DNA from: Octopus vulgaris | Taxonomy: Eukaryota | Assembly: GCA_951406725.2 (NCBI GenBank) | Contig: OX597817.1 | Location: 113,212,001 to 113,276,000 of the forward strand | Length of the DNA stretch: 64,000 nt | Reading direction: 5' to 3' | Shown: positions 41,745 through 56,167 of the stretch, one piece after another | Layout of the letters: the number at the start of each line of letters is the position of its first letter | Position numbering within the stretch: the first letter of the stretch is position 1 | The notes under the pieces: generated by a model | Databases searched by the model: none | Told to the model about the DNA's origin: nothing | What the model saw: only the letters and a program-made list of their open reading frames with translations | Translations under genes and position numbers: made by a program

Positions 41745-42320
41745 ATCATCATCATCATCATTGTTTAACGTCCACTTTCCATGCTAGCATGGGTTGGACG
41801 ATTTGACTGAGGGCTGGCGAACCAGATGACTGCACCAGGCTCCAATCTTGATCTAGCAGAGTTTCTACAGCTGGATGCCCTTCCTAACGCCAACCACTCT
41901 GAGAGTGTAGTGGGTGCTTTTACATGCCACCGGCACGGGGGCCAGTCAGGCAGTACTGGCAATGACCTTGCTCAAATCTTGTTACACATGCCACCAGCAC
42001 AGGTGCCAGTAAGGCGACGCTGGTAACGATCACGCTCGAACGGTGCTTTTTACGTGCCACCGGCACGGAAGCCAGTTAGCTGCTCTGGCACCAATCACGC
42101 TCGGATGGTGCTCTTAGCACCCAACTAGCACAGGGCACAAGTGCCAGTAAGGTGACGCTGGTAATGATCACACTTGAATGGTGCCTTTTATGTGCCACTG
42201 GCACGGAAGCCAGTTAGCCGCTCTGTCAACGGTCACACTCATATGGTGCACTTTGCATCCCACTAGCACGGATGCCAGTCATTGAATTTGATTTCAATTT
42301 CACTTGCCTCAACAGGTCTT
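41745..42320 (-). mobile_element. SINE/RTE-tail repeat (family C) with internal tandem duplication
   Basis: (CAT)n followed by gtttaacgtcc.ctttccat.ctagcatggg...ctggatgcccttcctaacgccaaccactc. Homologue at 55960-56148, degenerate copies at about 42480-42720, 17440-17700 and 61090-61300. Confidence 0.7.
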
Positions 42321-44428
42321 CTAGTACTTAAATGGGTGAGTGCTTGGATAAGTGAGCTGCTGTAAGCATTGCATGATTCAAGTCAAGGCAGCCTCTACAG
42401 ATTCATTTAACCTACAAGAAATAACCCTCAAATATCTCTCATAGTATACTCAACCATCTTTAAAAAACAAATGGAAGAATGTCATCATCATCATCATTGT
42501 TATCATTTGACATCCATGTTTACTTGGATGGTGTGACAAGAGCTGGCCAGCTGGAGTGCTGCCCAGGCTCCGTGTCTGTTTTGGTATGGTTTCTTCAGCT
42601 TGATGTCCTTTGTAATACCAACCTCTTCACAGAATGTACTGGGTGCTTTTATGCAGCACCAGCATGGATACTTTTACACGGTACCAGCATGATTGCTTTT
42701 TTATATGACACTGGCACCCATGAGCCTACAAGATTAGGAACACTCAGCCGAAGATTGATGTAGGGAATAGACATATCTAGAATGCTTTTGATCAAAAGTC
42801 TGCTCCTTTTGGGGCTAATTTGCAAGAGTGCAGTAGGGGTAAATAGCAACAGAAGAACAACAACATAATAACAACACTCAACAGCAAAAGCACAGCCAAC
42901 ACTAACAACAGCAGTGCAACCACTATTAACAACAGCACCACTACCAATACTATCAGTATCAATAGGAGGGACCCAATACACGTTCACTCAGCCAACTAGA
43001 AAAAACAGCCCAAATCCTTCCTACCTTAAGTAAGAGAAGGACACATTAGATAATGTCATGCCACATACCCCTAACAAGATGGTTCATCACATCTGAAATG
43101 TCTTTGATCATAGGCGAACAGGATCAGGGCTAATGTGGAGTTAAACAACAACACCAACATCAGAAGAGGATGCCTTTATGCACCTGCTTGACCTGCAAAA
43201 GATAATAGCCAAATCTTCAAATCACATTTTATGACTTTTTTTAAAAAAGGCACACATGCATAATGTAGCCCAAGATACATTTGTGCCTAAGAATGAGATG
43301 GTATAGTCACTGCTAGAGCTCCTTTGAACTTAGGTGTGCTTGCTTAGGACTTCTTTAGGGCTAAACCGTATCACTGTCACCACCAATACAAACACTACTA
43401 GCAGTATTTTGTCCATTTTTATGTTCTGATTTCAAATTCCACTAGGGTCGACTTTGCCTTTCATCCTTTCAGGGTCGATAAAATAAGTACTAGTTGAACA
43501 CTGAGGTTGATGTAATTGACTTACCCTGTCCCCCAACATTGCTGGCCTTGTGCCAAAATTTGAAACCATTATTATCACCAGTAAACACAAACACCATCAC
43601 AATCAATAAGAACAATACCAGCATTACTAGTAACACCATCACCTACACTACCAGTCACAACATTACTTAGACTACTAGGAATAGCATCATATATACTGTC
43701 ATCATTAGAGATATCAAAACCGCCATTGTCACTAATGATAACCCCACTGTCACCATTACCCCACCAACACTACCACTGCTACCTGTAACAAAACCAGCAT
43801 CCTCACTAGGAACTGCAATACCAACACCACCATGAAGACTGTCTCCACCTTCATCAGTATGAAACTTCCATTACCACCAGTAACAAAACCACCACCACCA
43901 CCAGTATCAACTACACCACAACCACCATCGTCATAATTAACAATAACCTTTATTTTCTCTTTGTATATGTAAGCCCAATCTCACTGACCAGCTTCTTTAA
44001 TGTTGACTTATTTGATAAAAAAAAATTGAAATGCTACAAAAAAAATTTTAAAAATAAAACTCTACTTCGAAGACCATTAGTCATTTGTTCTCATAACAAC
44101 TTCATTGACTCTTGGTTCTTGTCTAACACACCATATTTCCTGCTTCTACACTAATAATGGTTAGTTTTATACTTTTGCCTGGACAACTGAAACATCTCTG
44201 CATAAGTTTAAAATTTGTAACACACACATTATTCCTACAAATATACACAAATACATGATCTCACAGACACACACACACACACACACAGAGGATCATACTC
44301 ACAGACATGTACACACACCTGTCCACATGCATTCATGTACAGAAACACACATACATGCATGTGCACTCACACATACACACATACTTGCTCTCACAAACAT
44401 CCAGACATTCTGTGTTTGTTAAACTGTA

Positions 44429-44444
<16 letters not shown>

Positions 44445-44469
<25 letters not shown>

Positions 44470-44622
44470 GAAATTATTGTATATAGTGCTCAGGTGCACC
44501 ACAACTTGTCAGAAAGTGCATATAAAGTATATGCAGTAATGTACAAATGTCTGGAAAGTGAACAATGTATGAGTCAGATACATGCTTGTGTGTGTATGGA
44601 GGGGAGAAAATCAGGTGTAGTG
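44445..44622 (-). mobile_element. Short 3'-terminal copy of the same CR1 LINE
   Basis: Near-identical to 46812-46987, including the (AAT)n tail. Confidence 0.8.
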
Positions 44623-44685
44623 TAGTATATATATATGTATATATATTTGGTGAAAATTCATTAACTGAAATTTATTATAATTCTG

Positions 44686-44890
44686 GAGATGTACTTGCAT
44701 AGCAAGTGACCTGATCTGTGATAGTGTACTGGAACGAAAACAATTGCAGTATGGAAAATGTTTATAAGCCATTTAAAAACACACAAAAGCCGTTAGATTC
44801 ACTTCAACATCTAAATTTAATTTGCCAAAATATTTTTGTCGCTTTGAGACCATGACCTGTTCACTGGCAAAATTCTGTGCTGCATCTGAG
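44686..44890 (-). repeat. Solo-arm copy of the G3:C8-variant hammerhead family
   Basis: Matches 23443-23635 (gatgtacttgcatagcaagtgacctgatc...acctgttcactggcaaaa). Confidence 0.8.
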
Positions 44891-45851
44891 AAAGTAAAAG
44901 TTAGTTCATGATATATATGTACGTACATACATACGCATGTATGTATGTATGTACGTACGTATGTATGTATGTATGCATACATGCAATTCTGTTCCTGCAG
45001 TACTATGATATAGTCTGGTGCTAATTTGTGGAAAATTTAAATATACATTTGTTTCTGTCTATCATTATCATCATCACCATCATCAACAACATTACATGAT
45101 GATGATGATGATGATGATGGGCAGAAACAAAGTCTGTAATATTTATACCAGAGCAATAGGTTCAGCACTGTAGCACAATGTACATCCATGGAATTTTTGA
45201 AGGATGCAGTGTCCTGACAGCTAACAACTGATGCAGGTAGCTAATTCCATGCTTCAAGAATTCTGAGTATGAGAAAACGAAGATTATAGAATACTTGTGC
45301 TAGAGCAGTTGGTTCAGTACTGTAGCACAGTGACACACCCTATGATGATAATTATGAACCATATAGATCTGCTCAATCTAGGCTGACTTAGAACTCAGTT
45401 ACAACACAGAGACATAGCCTTAGCAGTAACTGCTTAGCATTCATTATTATCTTGCTTTCTAGATTGCTAAGTCATGAATTCTCTCCCAAAACACAAGGCT
45501 TTCAGAGGATATTTAGTGCTGGACAAATAAAAGTCCACAATATCAAATTGGGTGAATCTGCAGAAGGATTGATTTGCAATGTTGTGAAATCATTTAATAA
45601 TAGCAATATGTAGTTCCATTGTTCCTGCAATTCACCCAATTATATACTGTGAACTTTTTATACCTTCATTTTCCCCTTATTTTCTTCCTGCTAATTATAC
45701 TTCTAGTTGTGTCTCTATGAATGCAACCTCTTTTTAGAAAAATAATTGTATCCTGGTATTATCTATATATATATATATATATTGTTAAAAATGGCAAGAC
45801 AACAAAAGAAAGAGACCTCGATATTATGTAAATAGAGGAATTTATCTGTAA

Positions 45852-45995
45852 ATGTGACAATTATTCGGTAGCCATGATAGAACTCCGAGTTTCGGATGCC
45901 AAGGTGGAAATCCATGCCGCCATCTCTTCAGTTGGATTTCCACCTCGGCGTCCAAAAATCGGAGTTTTATCATGGCTACTGAATAATTGTCACAT
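45852..45995. repeat. Palindrome with minus-strand hammerhead motif
   Basis: atgtgacaattattcggtagccatgata... / ...tatcatggctactgaataattgtcacat. The minus strand reads CTGAAGA GATG...CATCc GAAACTCGGAGT. Confidence 0.72.
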
Positions 45996-46811
45996 ACCTG
46001 AAATCCAGTTAATTGGTATGTTTCATTAATGTATGTATATAGTTGTGTATGAGTGTCGATTTATGTGTATATATATGTGTGTGTGTGCACGTGTGTGTGC
46101 ACGTGTGTGTGCACGTGTCTGTGCATGTGTCTGTGCACGTGTGTGTACACACACATATACACATACATAAATACATGCATAGAATATAAACAATACATAC
46201 ATATATAGGAACATATGGACTTTTTAAGATTTTGCTTATAAAACATTCTTGACTATTAATCACCCTAATACTTGTTTCCACTTTGATTTCTAGTTCAGAA
46301 ATTCACAAAGCTGTATTAAATGATCAAATTACATTTCGTAACACAATAACTCAGTCTAGTTGTCTTTCAGAGAAAAATCATCCAGAATTTGTTAGCTCTA
46401 ACAAAGGCAACTTTGAAGGTTTACTAAGGTTTCATTTGCCCATTTCATTAGAGTTAATCAATTAAGTTGTTTCCTAACTTTTCCCCACCCTGTATCTCTC
46501 TTTGTTTGCTTCTTCTATCTCTTTCTCTCACCTAATATTGCACCAAAAGAGACAGGATAAACTGATAAACTGATTGCTACTTGCTCTCTTCCTCTTCGTC
46601 TTTTTCACCTAGACAATATTTCTCTCTAAATCAATAAGCACTTGTCACATTTAGATTCTATCTAGTATTGCAATTGGTAAATAGATCATTCTGGGACTTT
46701 CTTTTGATTCCCATTAAAATCTCCTATTAACACTTAATTCATTAAAAATAAAAGCATCACAGCATATCTGATCATCAGAACACAACTTAAGGACAGCTAC
46801 AATGTTTTTGT

Positions 46812-47760
46812 AATAATAAATAATAATGATAATAATGAAATTATTGTATAGTGCTCAGGTGCACCACAACTTGTCAAAAAGTGTGTATAAAGCATATGCA
46901 GTAATGTACAAATGTCTGGAAAGTGAACAGTGTATGAGTCAGATACATGCTTGTGTGTGTATGGAGGGGAGAAAATCAGGTGTAGTGTTGGCGAATTTCA
47001 GGAAGCATGGAAGCTTTGAAGGATGCAGTGCTCTGACAACTAACAACTGATGCCGGCAGTTTGTTCCATACTTCAGCAATTCATAGCATGAAAAAATGTT
47101 TCCGAAAGTCATGGGAGCTGTGCTGTTTTCTGACTTTGTAAACATGTCCACGGGTGTTAGACAGGTGGATTTTGAAAAGGTACTCAGAGTTATTGTTCAG
47201 CTGCCAGACGTTGGAGTTTCAGTGTATCCATGCCCAGGGAAGTAAGGCATTCAGAATATGGCAAATGCCTGATGGAGGGTATTCTCTTGGTTGCACGTTG
47301 CTGAACGGCTTTCAGACGATTAATATCCTGGGCAAGATAGGGGTTCCAGACTGGTGATGCAAATTCCAGCTGAGGTCGCACCATAGCTATGTAAAGCCGC
47401 TGATAGATAGCCAGAGAGTGGCTCACAAAGGACTTGGTGAGTGATGCCAAGACATCCTCAGCCTTCATGGCAATTTTAGCAATGTGTTTTGTCCAACGCA
47501 AATCGCTGTCGACAATAATGCCCAGGTCACATTCACAAGAAGACTTTTTGAGATTAGTGTTGTGGAGATAGTAAGTAGACGCTGGGTTTTTCTTCCCAAA
47601 ATGCGTGGTGGTACATTTGTCCACAGCCAGCTTGAGTTGCCAGTCCATGATCCACTGCTGCATTGTGTCCAGGTCTGCTTGCAATAGAGATCTATAGTGT
47701 ACAGAATCTGTCGTCTTTATTTCGAGGTACAGCTTGATATCTACTGACATCACACTGATC
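46812..47760 (-). mobile_element. 3' end of a CR1-clade LINE with 3' UTR and (ATT)n tail
   Basis: ORF 47190-47798 contains LQADLDTMQQWIMDWQLKL..KC, DLGIIVDSDL, VRPQLEFASPVWNP and VQQRATKRI. The (AAT)n tail lies at about 46812-46838. Confidence 0.88.
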
Positions 47761-47963
47761 TCACTTTTCCAATCTAATCTGTTAAACTCTGATAACACAA
47801 AATGTTAATATCTAAATAAGCAATTATTAACATATGCATATATATATATATGTGTGTGTGTGTGTGTATACAAAGAGAGAGAAAGAGAGAGTTGTGGCAT
47901 TTCCTGCCTGGATGTAAGTCATGCAATACATACCTAAGATCATCATAAGTATCTTTTAACCTC

Positions 47964-48023
<60 letters not shown>

Positions 48024-48104
48024 CAAATGCAAATAGTAAATCCACTTTTAATATAATTCATTCAATTTTTATGAGAGACACAAGGAAAGAGAATGCAAAC
48101 ATGG

Positions 48105-48156
<52 letters not shown>

Positions 48157-48299
48157 ACAATCATAGAGTTTTGATTTTTTTGTAAATTGCATTCTCTGGC
48201 TTAAGTACTAAGAATTGCATTCGATATATAGATAGATATATAATTATATAGCTACACAATTACATATGTATCTATATACACAAATACATGCACATACAA

Positions 48300-48990
48300 A
48301 TCATCATCACCCTTATCATTTGACATCTGCTTTTATTACTGGCATGGGTTATATGGTTTGATTGGAACTGGCAAACCAGATAGCTGCACCAGGATCCAAT
48401 CTGACTATGTCCTAGTTTCTATAGCTGGATGCCCTTCCTAACACCAACTAGTCCGAGAGTGTAGTGGGTGCCTTTTTACGTGTCACCAGCACAGGTGCTT
48501 TTATGTGTTACCAGCAGTGGTGTTTTACATGTCACCAGCATGGGTGCTTTTACGTGTCACCGGTATGGATGCTGTTACCTCTCACCGGCACTGGCCACAG
48601 CTACAATTTCACTTGGCTTGATGCATCTTCTCAAGCCCAGCAAATCATCACTTGTCATCACCTCCATGAGACCTCACATTCAAAGGTCATGCTTCACCAC
48701 CTAATTCCATGTCTTCTTGGGTCTACCTCTTCTACGGGTTCCCGCCACAGTTAGAGATCAGCGCTTCTTTATGCAGCTGTCCTCAGCCTTTGCATGTCCT
48801 CTGCAGTCACATCTCATGTTTGACTGCCATGTAGCATGACTGCTCGCACACTGGTATCATATAATCTGCCTTCCACTCTGAGGGAGAGGTCCTTTTTCCA
48901 ACAAAGATAGAAGCTCCCTGAACTTTACCCAGCTGATTCTTATTCTAGTAGCTACACTCTCAGAGCATCTGGTGATGATGCTGGACTTTG
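48300..48990 (-). mobile_element. Decayed RTE LINE 3' pieces joined to an RTE-tail SINE-like repeat
   Basis: Minus-strand RIRISWVKFRELLSLL and GRPKKTW-like segments. The shared 3' motif ctggatgcccttcctaac and a (CAT)n tail are present. Confidence 0.6.
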
Positions 48991-49444
48991 TATTTTTTTC
49001 ATAGCTCCCATGGTTACCAAGATAATCTGCTATAATAATACTCTTGTGTTTATGAATGAGAAAGGAAGGGGTGATGTCATACCTGGTAGTGGGATGATGA
49101 AAATTGTACGCTAAAAAATAAATCAAACAGCATTTCAACTCTGTGTGAATATATGTTTGTGAATGTGTGTGCATGTGTGCATGCAATGGAAGTAAGATAG
49201 TTCATCTTTGTTTGCTTAATATTTGGGTTTAGTTTTTGATTTGGTTGAATATTGGTTGGTTTCTTTTTTTGTTGGTCAGTTATTTTTAGCAGTTTGACAG
49301 AAAAAAGTCATTCTAAAATTGTTTTTTAAAATAAGCATGCCCAAACAAGTCGAATGCTTACACAGAGCAGGTTTTACAGCCACATCATCCAAACCGACTG
49401 GGTGAAACCAGGCTTAGCTTCTAGTGTGTGTATATATATATATT

Positions 49445-49480
<36 letters not shown>

Positions 49481-49647
49481 TATATAATGGTCATTACATA
49501 TTTCTTTATTGTAGTAAATTTGACTTACACCTTCTTTGGTAGTCATAATAGGTTCATAAATTGATTGGTTTACTCAATCAGCCCATTGATCAGTTGAGAA
49601 AATTGAACAACCTAGAGAATTAATGCTACCATTGTCAGAGTCATTTG

Positions 49648-49679
<32 letters not shown>

Positions 49680-49858
49680 AATATAGTTTATGTGTTGTAT
49701 ACATACTTGTGTTAAAATGTATAGAGTAGGCTTTGTATGTGTAGGAAACTATGAAAATAAATCTATACCATGGTAGGTACATGAAGTGGTGCCAGTAAAC
49801 CTGGGTGGAATTAGGCGACATTGAGTAAAATTAGGGGAAGAAATTGTTTATCATGTGA

Positions 49859-50083
49859 TTAACTTTTTAGCATTCAGATTATTCTGTCAAATGCAACGCT
49901 TATATACTCGCATTGTTTTTAATTAATCAAGCATTATCTTGGAGTTTCAATATTTCGATGATGATTGTTATTTTTACAATGACACTGTAGGGTAGGTATG
50001 AGAGGCCAAATCTGGCTAGTTTGAAGATAAAACAAGTAGAATATTTCGACTGGATATGTCCGGTCTAAACGCTAAAGGGTTAA
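49859..50083. mobile_element. piggyBac-type MITE, same family
   Basis: ttaa|CTTTTTAGCATTCAG...GCTAAAGGG|ttaa. Further degenerate copies at about 5552-5713, 9280-9420, 41398-41620, 54003-54205 and 54695-54915. Confidence 0.75.
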
Positions 50084-50660
50084 GCACATGATGTCTGTCA
50101 TCCCCCCCTCCCCAGCTTCTGATTTTGTCTACCCGACTTTACAAAATTATTTTGGAAATATGTGTAAAAATATCTACTCTTGATGGCATCATCTAAACGA
50201 TGTCTAACCACCATTATCAGTTTTCTCATGTGTCCTTATAATTAGTGTGTTTGTGAAGGCAATATTTTGTTATAGGCAATAGTGCTTGTAACAAACAGCT
50301 AGTGTGTTGGTAAAGTAGCTGTGAATGGCTTCTCTGTCAGACCGACATATTTTCTTTTTTTTTCTTTTGTACAGTCTCCTAACACTGGTAATGTCGTATA
50401 GGTTTCTGTACAGGAATTGTCTAGGGGTACATAACTCTGGATTTCTTTAGTTGCATTCTTTCCCTTTGGCTGTTGTTTTGTTCATTCCGATTGTAGCTCA
50501 TAATCTTTCATTGTGAGAAGACACTTTTTAATTAATGTAGGTATTATACAGATTGGCTACGTGTATTATATAGCCTGATTCATTTGTTCCATTCCAGCAT
50601 TAAAGAATGGATTTAAAAACATTGATGATGCTATTAGCATGTGTATATACATCCCTCCCA

Positions 50661-50711
<51 letters not shown>

Positions 50712-51958
50712 CATACGTACATACATATTGATTTCAAATTTTGATGACATCAACCTCAGTTCTCAACTGGTACTTATTTTATCGATCCAAAAAAGGAGGA
50801 AAGGCAAAGTTGACCTTGGCAGAATTTGAACTCAGAACATGAAATGTCACTAAACATTTCACCCAGTGTGCTGATGATTCTGCCATTTCACCACCTTATA
50901 TGATAAATATATATTATATATATTCTTTTCTCCTCTAGGCACAAGATCCGAAATTTTGGGGGAGGGGTGGGACAGTCGCTTAGATCAACCTCAGTACACA
51001 GCTGGTACATAATTTATCAACCTCAAAAGGATGAAAGACAAAGTCGACCTCAGTGGAACTGGAACTCAGAACATAAAAGACAGATGAAATACCGCTAAGC
51101 ATCTCACCTGGCATGCTAACATTTCTGCCAGCTAACCACCATATATATTATATATATTAACACACATGCATACATGTGCACAAATACATATACACACATT
51201 ACCTTAGACCACATGAATTAATAAATTGTCATGGTAAGATATTTCTGTCTTACTGTGATGCAAATTTGGGATTATAACACCAAGAGAGAACATTCAAGTC
51301 TAATGACTAATAAATCATAGAAACAGGATTTCATCAGTTTTGATATAGTTCTAACTACACAAGTCCTCTCAGACAAAGTATATAATAAGCAATATCCAGA
51401 ATGAATTTTCTGGAGATGTAAATTTGGTGATTATTGTACATAATAAGGCATATCAATTATTTAATTCTACATAAGAAAGTAGTTAGAAATAGAAATATCA
51501 GTAATTTGGTTGCATCCTCCAGTTAACGTGATTTTGATCACATATTTGTGACCACACTTATTGTTACTTGTCCATAAGTCAACTCTGATAAAAAGTGAGA
51601 GATATTTAGCTGCTATTTCTAGCATGAGTGGTCAGTTCAAGGTTTTTTTTTATTGGCTCATGTTATCTATGCATTTTGATTTAATTTATATAAATATGGA
51701 TTTTAGAAGTGTTTATTGTCTCTTAATATTTGTACCCATAAATATTGGTCTTGGTACATTAGTTTCAAACACATGCTAAAGAAACAAAGGTTAATTGAAA
51801 GTTACATATGTAAAATTAATGATGATTATTATATTGTTGTTTTGGCTCAGCTTAGCTCTGATAAAGCAGGTTTATAACCAAAGGCATTCCAGTTGTGTTG
51901 AAAACACTGATTTATTCTGGATATTGTGAATATTGACTGTCAAATAAATTATCACACT

Positions 51959-51991
<33 letters not shown>

Positions 51992-52417
51992 TGGACTGCA
52001 GCCTTGCTGGGGAACTGTCTTGAAGGGTTTAGTCAAATAGATCAGCCCTAGTACTATTTTGTTGTATAAAAGTCTAGTACTTATTCTATCAGTTACTTTT
52101 GCTGAAGCACTGAGTTATGAGAACATAAACAAACCGGCATCTGTCATGTTAAGCGACAAACACACACATACACATGCACATATACACACAAACATATGTG
52201 TGTGTGTGTGTGTTGTGTTTGTCTCCAAATACCAGTGCCTCTTTGAATTTTCATCTACTAAATCCACTCACAAGGTTTTGATCTGCCACCAGGGGTTATA
52301 GTAGAAGACATGTACCCAAGGTGTCACACAAAGGGACTGAACCCAGAACTTTGTTGTTGAGAAGCAAACTTCTTACCACAGAGCCACATCTGCACCTTTA
52401 TATATATATATATATAT

Positions 52418-52684
52418 ACCATCATGATTGTTCGACCGTGGTCAGGACAATGGAATTTACCGTGCCACACCAGACCTCATGGTCCATCATAGCATTACAG
52501 AGGTCCTGTTGCTGGATGCCTGTATCCCTGGAGATTACATCAGGGTAGGAGAGTGTGCGCCCTCTGGTGTCACGAGCAGATGGCTTCCAGAGGAGACGAG
52601 TAGAAATTACCTTGTTTTCAGCTCTACAACAATGTCCAGCAAACTGGACTCTTCTACCTTTCACATGATACAGGTGGTAGTTTC

Positions 52685-52689
<5 letters not shown>
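52418..52689 (-). mobile_element. RTE-type LINE 3' end flanked by (TA)n
   Basis: Translation RRVQFAGHCCRAENKVISTRLLWKP...GRTLSYPDVISRDTG...AMMDHEVW is a typical RTE ORF C-terminus. Confidence 0.75.
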
Positions 52690-52740
<51 letters not shown>

Positions 52741-54287
52741 CACATAATGCATATATATGCATGTGTACATCTGCATAAGTATGAGTATAATGATGGTAGC
52801 ACCTGATATTGTCATGTTTGTATACCAAAAAAGTCTTGAAATTTGTTTATATTCCAAGTAACATAGTTGTAAGCAATTAATTTCATAGTCTTTAATATTG
52901 TAGTGGCTCAGGTTGTTAAGTATTTTCCTATATTATTCTTGATCAGGTGCACACAACCTCTCAGGCTCTGTATTTTTATTAATTATTCATACATAATAAA
53001 TTACTCATTTATATATTGGGAAAAATATTTTAATCAATTTTACATTTTAAATCAGATTGAAATGCAGTTACAGTAGCTTATTGATTGGTGACAACTGAAT
53101 AGCTGTTGACAGACAAATGTATAACAAAATTTTGTTCTTATTTATTTATTTATTTATTTTTGTCTTTGGCTAGTAAGTGTTATTTCTTCTTTACTTTTAT
53201 CTAGAAATCAAAGGAAATTACTTCTATTCCCTTTAAACTTTGGTTTTGTGACCTGGACATCAATGTTTTGAAACTGACCTATTTCCCTTTACATTTCAAA
53301 CAGATTCAGTACTGAGTTGCTGAAGCAAAAATATCATTATAACAAATATTTTGCTCAATACCACAGATTTGCTTGTCAGTTGCTTGACTTTAACCACTTG
53401 AGCATGTCCCTTAGTGGCTGACAATATGTGCAACTCTGATCACGAGCCGGAGTAGTGAAGGAGCATCATAGCCATGTATTGAGAAGGATTCTTTTGGGTT
53501 TGAATAAATGTAACAATAGGAAAATCTAAAGGAAATATTAGCATTCTTCATAGTTTCTAGGAGTAAGCAAATAGGAAATACCAGTTGTTACCCAAGGACA
53601 AAAACTGCGTTATACAGAGCAATCAGCAACAAGGTCAGCAGTTCATATCCTGCCACTACTAACATTGTTTTATATTTATAGCCAACATCACATAAATTGT
53701 CAAGATCCTAGTGCACTCAGCTCTAAATTTACTGCATTGAAATGCAATTTATTTTATTGCTATGAGCAGTGGTTGCATTGTAAACAGCTAAATAATTCAT
53801 TGGTTTGTATAGTAAAGTGCTAATTCTGTCTCCTGCATAAAATGTTACCCGTGCTAAAATGGTGTCCTAACCAAGAGGTGATTTGTATCTATTTAATGCC
53901 ACAGAGACTAGAAATGAAGATAATGAATTATGGAAGTATGCAAACAACAGAACAGTTATAAGAAATATTTTCTTTATTATTATTAAATGAATGATAGTGT
54001 ATTTAACCATTTAGCATTCAGATTATTCTACCAAATGTAATGCTTATTAATCCATGTCATTTTAAATTAATCATGCATTATCTCATAGCTTCAAAATTTT
54101 AATGATAGGATTGTATATCTTTAGAATGACACTGGCTAGTATATGAGTATAAAACAGGTAGAATATTTGGGCTAAATATGGCTGGTTTAAATGCTAAAAG
54201 GGTTATTGAACGAAATACTAAGAACCTAGAATAAAATTGAATATGCAGTGAGAAAATGTATCATTTGATGACAAACATTATTTTATA

Positions 54288-54674
54288 TCTCTCTATATAT
54301 AAACGGCAGTTTGTCTGTGCGTGTTTCTGTGTGTCTGTTTTCTCGTACCCTCACCCTGACCACGGCTTTCAACCGATTCTGATGAAACTTGACACACGCA
54401 TAGCCCAATGTCATAATTCAAAACTAACGCAGCGAAAATTTTGAAAAGTTCCCCCAGTTCTGAAAAAAATCGATAAATTCGACATGGGGTCGAGAATAAA
54501 AACAAACAAACCACAGACTGTCTAGGGGACGCAACTCAACCTTTTTTTACTCTCAAAAAAAAATTTACCATAATTTTTTTTCCATTTTTTTTCTATTTTT
54601 TGGCTATAACTCTCTAAAGATGCTTTATAGTTATTTCCCTTACAAACCTGAGCAACGCCGGGCGATACTGCTAG
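54288..54674 (+). mobile_element. Non-autonomous Helitron
   Basis: 5' a|TCTCTCTATATATAAA, 3' GC-rich hairpin CCTGAGCAACGCCGGG followed by CTAG|t. Inserted between A and T with no TSD. Confidence 0.8.
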
Positions 54675-55051
54675 TAGAATGTATAAGCCATAATTAGCCA
54701 TTTAGCATTTGATCCAGCCATATCTGGCCCAAATATTCTCTCTGTTTTATGTTAAAACTGACCAGATCTAACCTCTTTGATGTATCCTACAATGCCATTC
54801 TAAAAATATGCAAACACACCACTGAAATTCCAGAGCTACAAGATAGTGCATTATTAATTCAAAACAATGTGACTAAATAAGCAATACATTTTTTTAAAAA
54901 ACTCTAAATGCTAAGAACTCTAAATTTTTAATGATGCTTTCACTACATACTCTAATTTATAAATCCTAATCTATTATGAAAAGTACAGCTGATCTTAACT
55001 CAAACAACATTGAATTTGATATGATGGAATCATTACTTGTATGATTAACAG

Positions 55052-55138
<87 letters not shown>

Positions 55139-55654
55139 CCTTTGAAATGTGCATCTCTGGCTCTTAGCTGCTACAATAGTTTCAGTATTTCTGTATATTT
55201 CCCCTAAAGCACAGGTCATTTAGTTAGGTGAATACTGAACAGAAGTGTACATTATTTATTTAGCTGTATAAATTGTTTAAACTTAGCTATATACGTATAC
55301 CTTATCATTCATTAAATGCTATAGCAGACCTTGTGTTTTATTAAATTAATATTTTTAAGTAGTTTGCTACAAGTAATTAACTATAAAAATGAACACCCAG
55401 GTGCCTACTAATTAATTAGGATGCAGTCAACTTTCAATAGCTTATCCAGAGTTCTCAACTTTATTGTTATTTCTAAAATTGATTATTTTCATTAATTCCT
55501 CTCTTTGTAATTGCCAAAGAGCAATAATACACATGCTAGTTTTAAGCTTTTCTTCAAAGCCAATATAACTTTCACATTGGAAAGACTACATTGGTTACCT
55601 GGAAAAGACATGTATGTATATTCATATGTGTGTGTATGTATGTATGTATAATCA

Positions 55655-55940
55655 TGCGTGTGTGTGGCCTAGTGGTTAGGGTGTTGCACTCATCAACTAG
55701 CAATTGTGGTTTCAATTCCTGGACCGGGTGGTGCATTGTGTTCTTGAGCAAAACACTTCATTTTACGTTGCTCTACATTCACTTCGACACTTGATGCATG
55801 GCACACAGTGCACCTGTTCAGAGAACATCGATTTGATGGAGAGAGTAAGCTAATGTGGGCACGAACAAAACAAATAATTTGTGCAGGTTGTTCGGCAAAA
55901 GCTGAACACTCATATGTCATTCTCAAAGGGAGAGTCCATC
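55655..55940 (+). mobile_element. tRNA-headed SINE (family D)
   Basis: A-box tggcctagtggttagg, B-box-like ggtttcaattcc, then cttgagcaaaacactt (CORE/V-like). Confidence 0.55.
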
Positions 55941-56167
55941 ATGTATATGTGCATGCATGCATCATCATCATCATCATCATCGTTTAACGTCCGCTTTCCA
56001 TTCTAGCATGGGTTGTACGATTTAACTGAGGTCTGGCGATCCAGATGGCTGCACCAGACTCCAATCTGATCTGGCAGAGTTTCTACAGCTGGATGCCCTT
56101 CCTAATGCCAACCACTCCGAAAGTGTAGTGGGTGCTTTTACATGCCAATATATATGTATGTATATAT

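Noticed and set aside
41915-42290. CRISPR-like repeat/spacer array
   Set aside because: Eukaryotic context, the units are tandem duplications without unique spacers, and no cas genes are present.
54379-54389. CTGATGAAAC as a hammerhead core
   Set aside because: No stem II between CTGATGA and GAAAC. It is part of the ccgattctgatgaaactt motif inside the Helitron.
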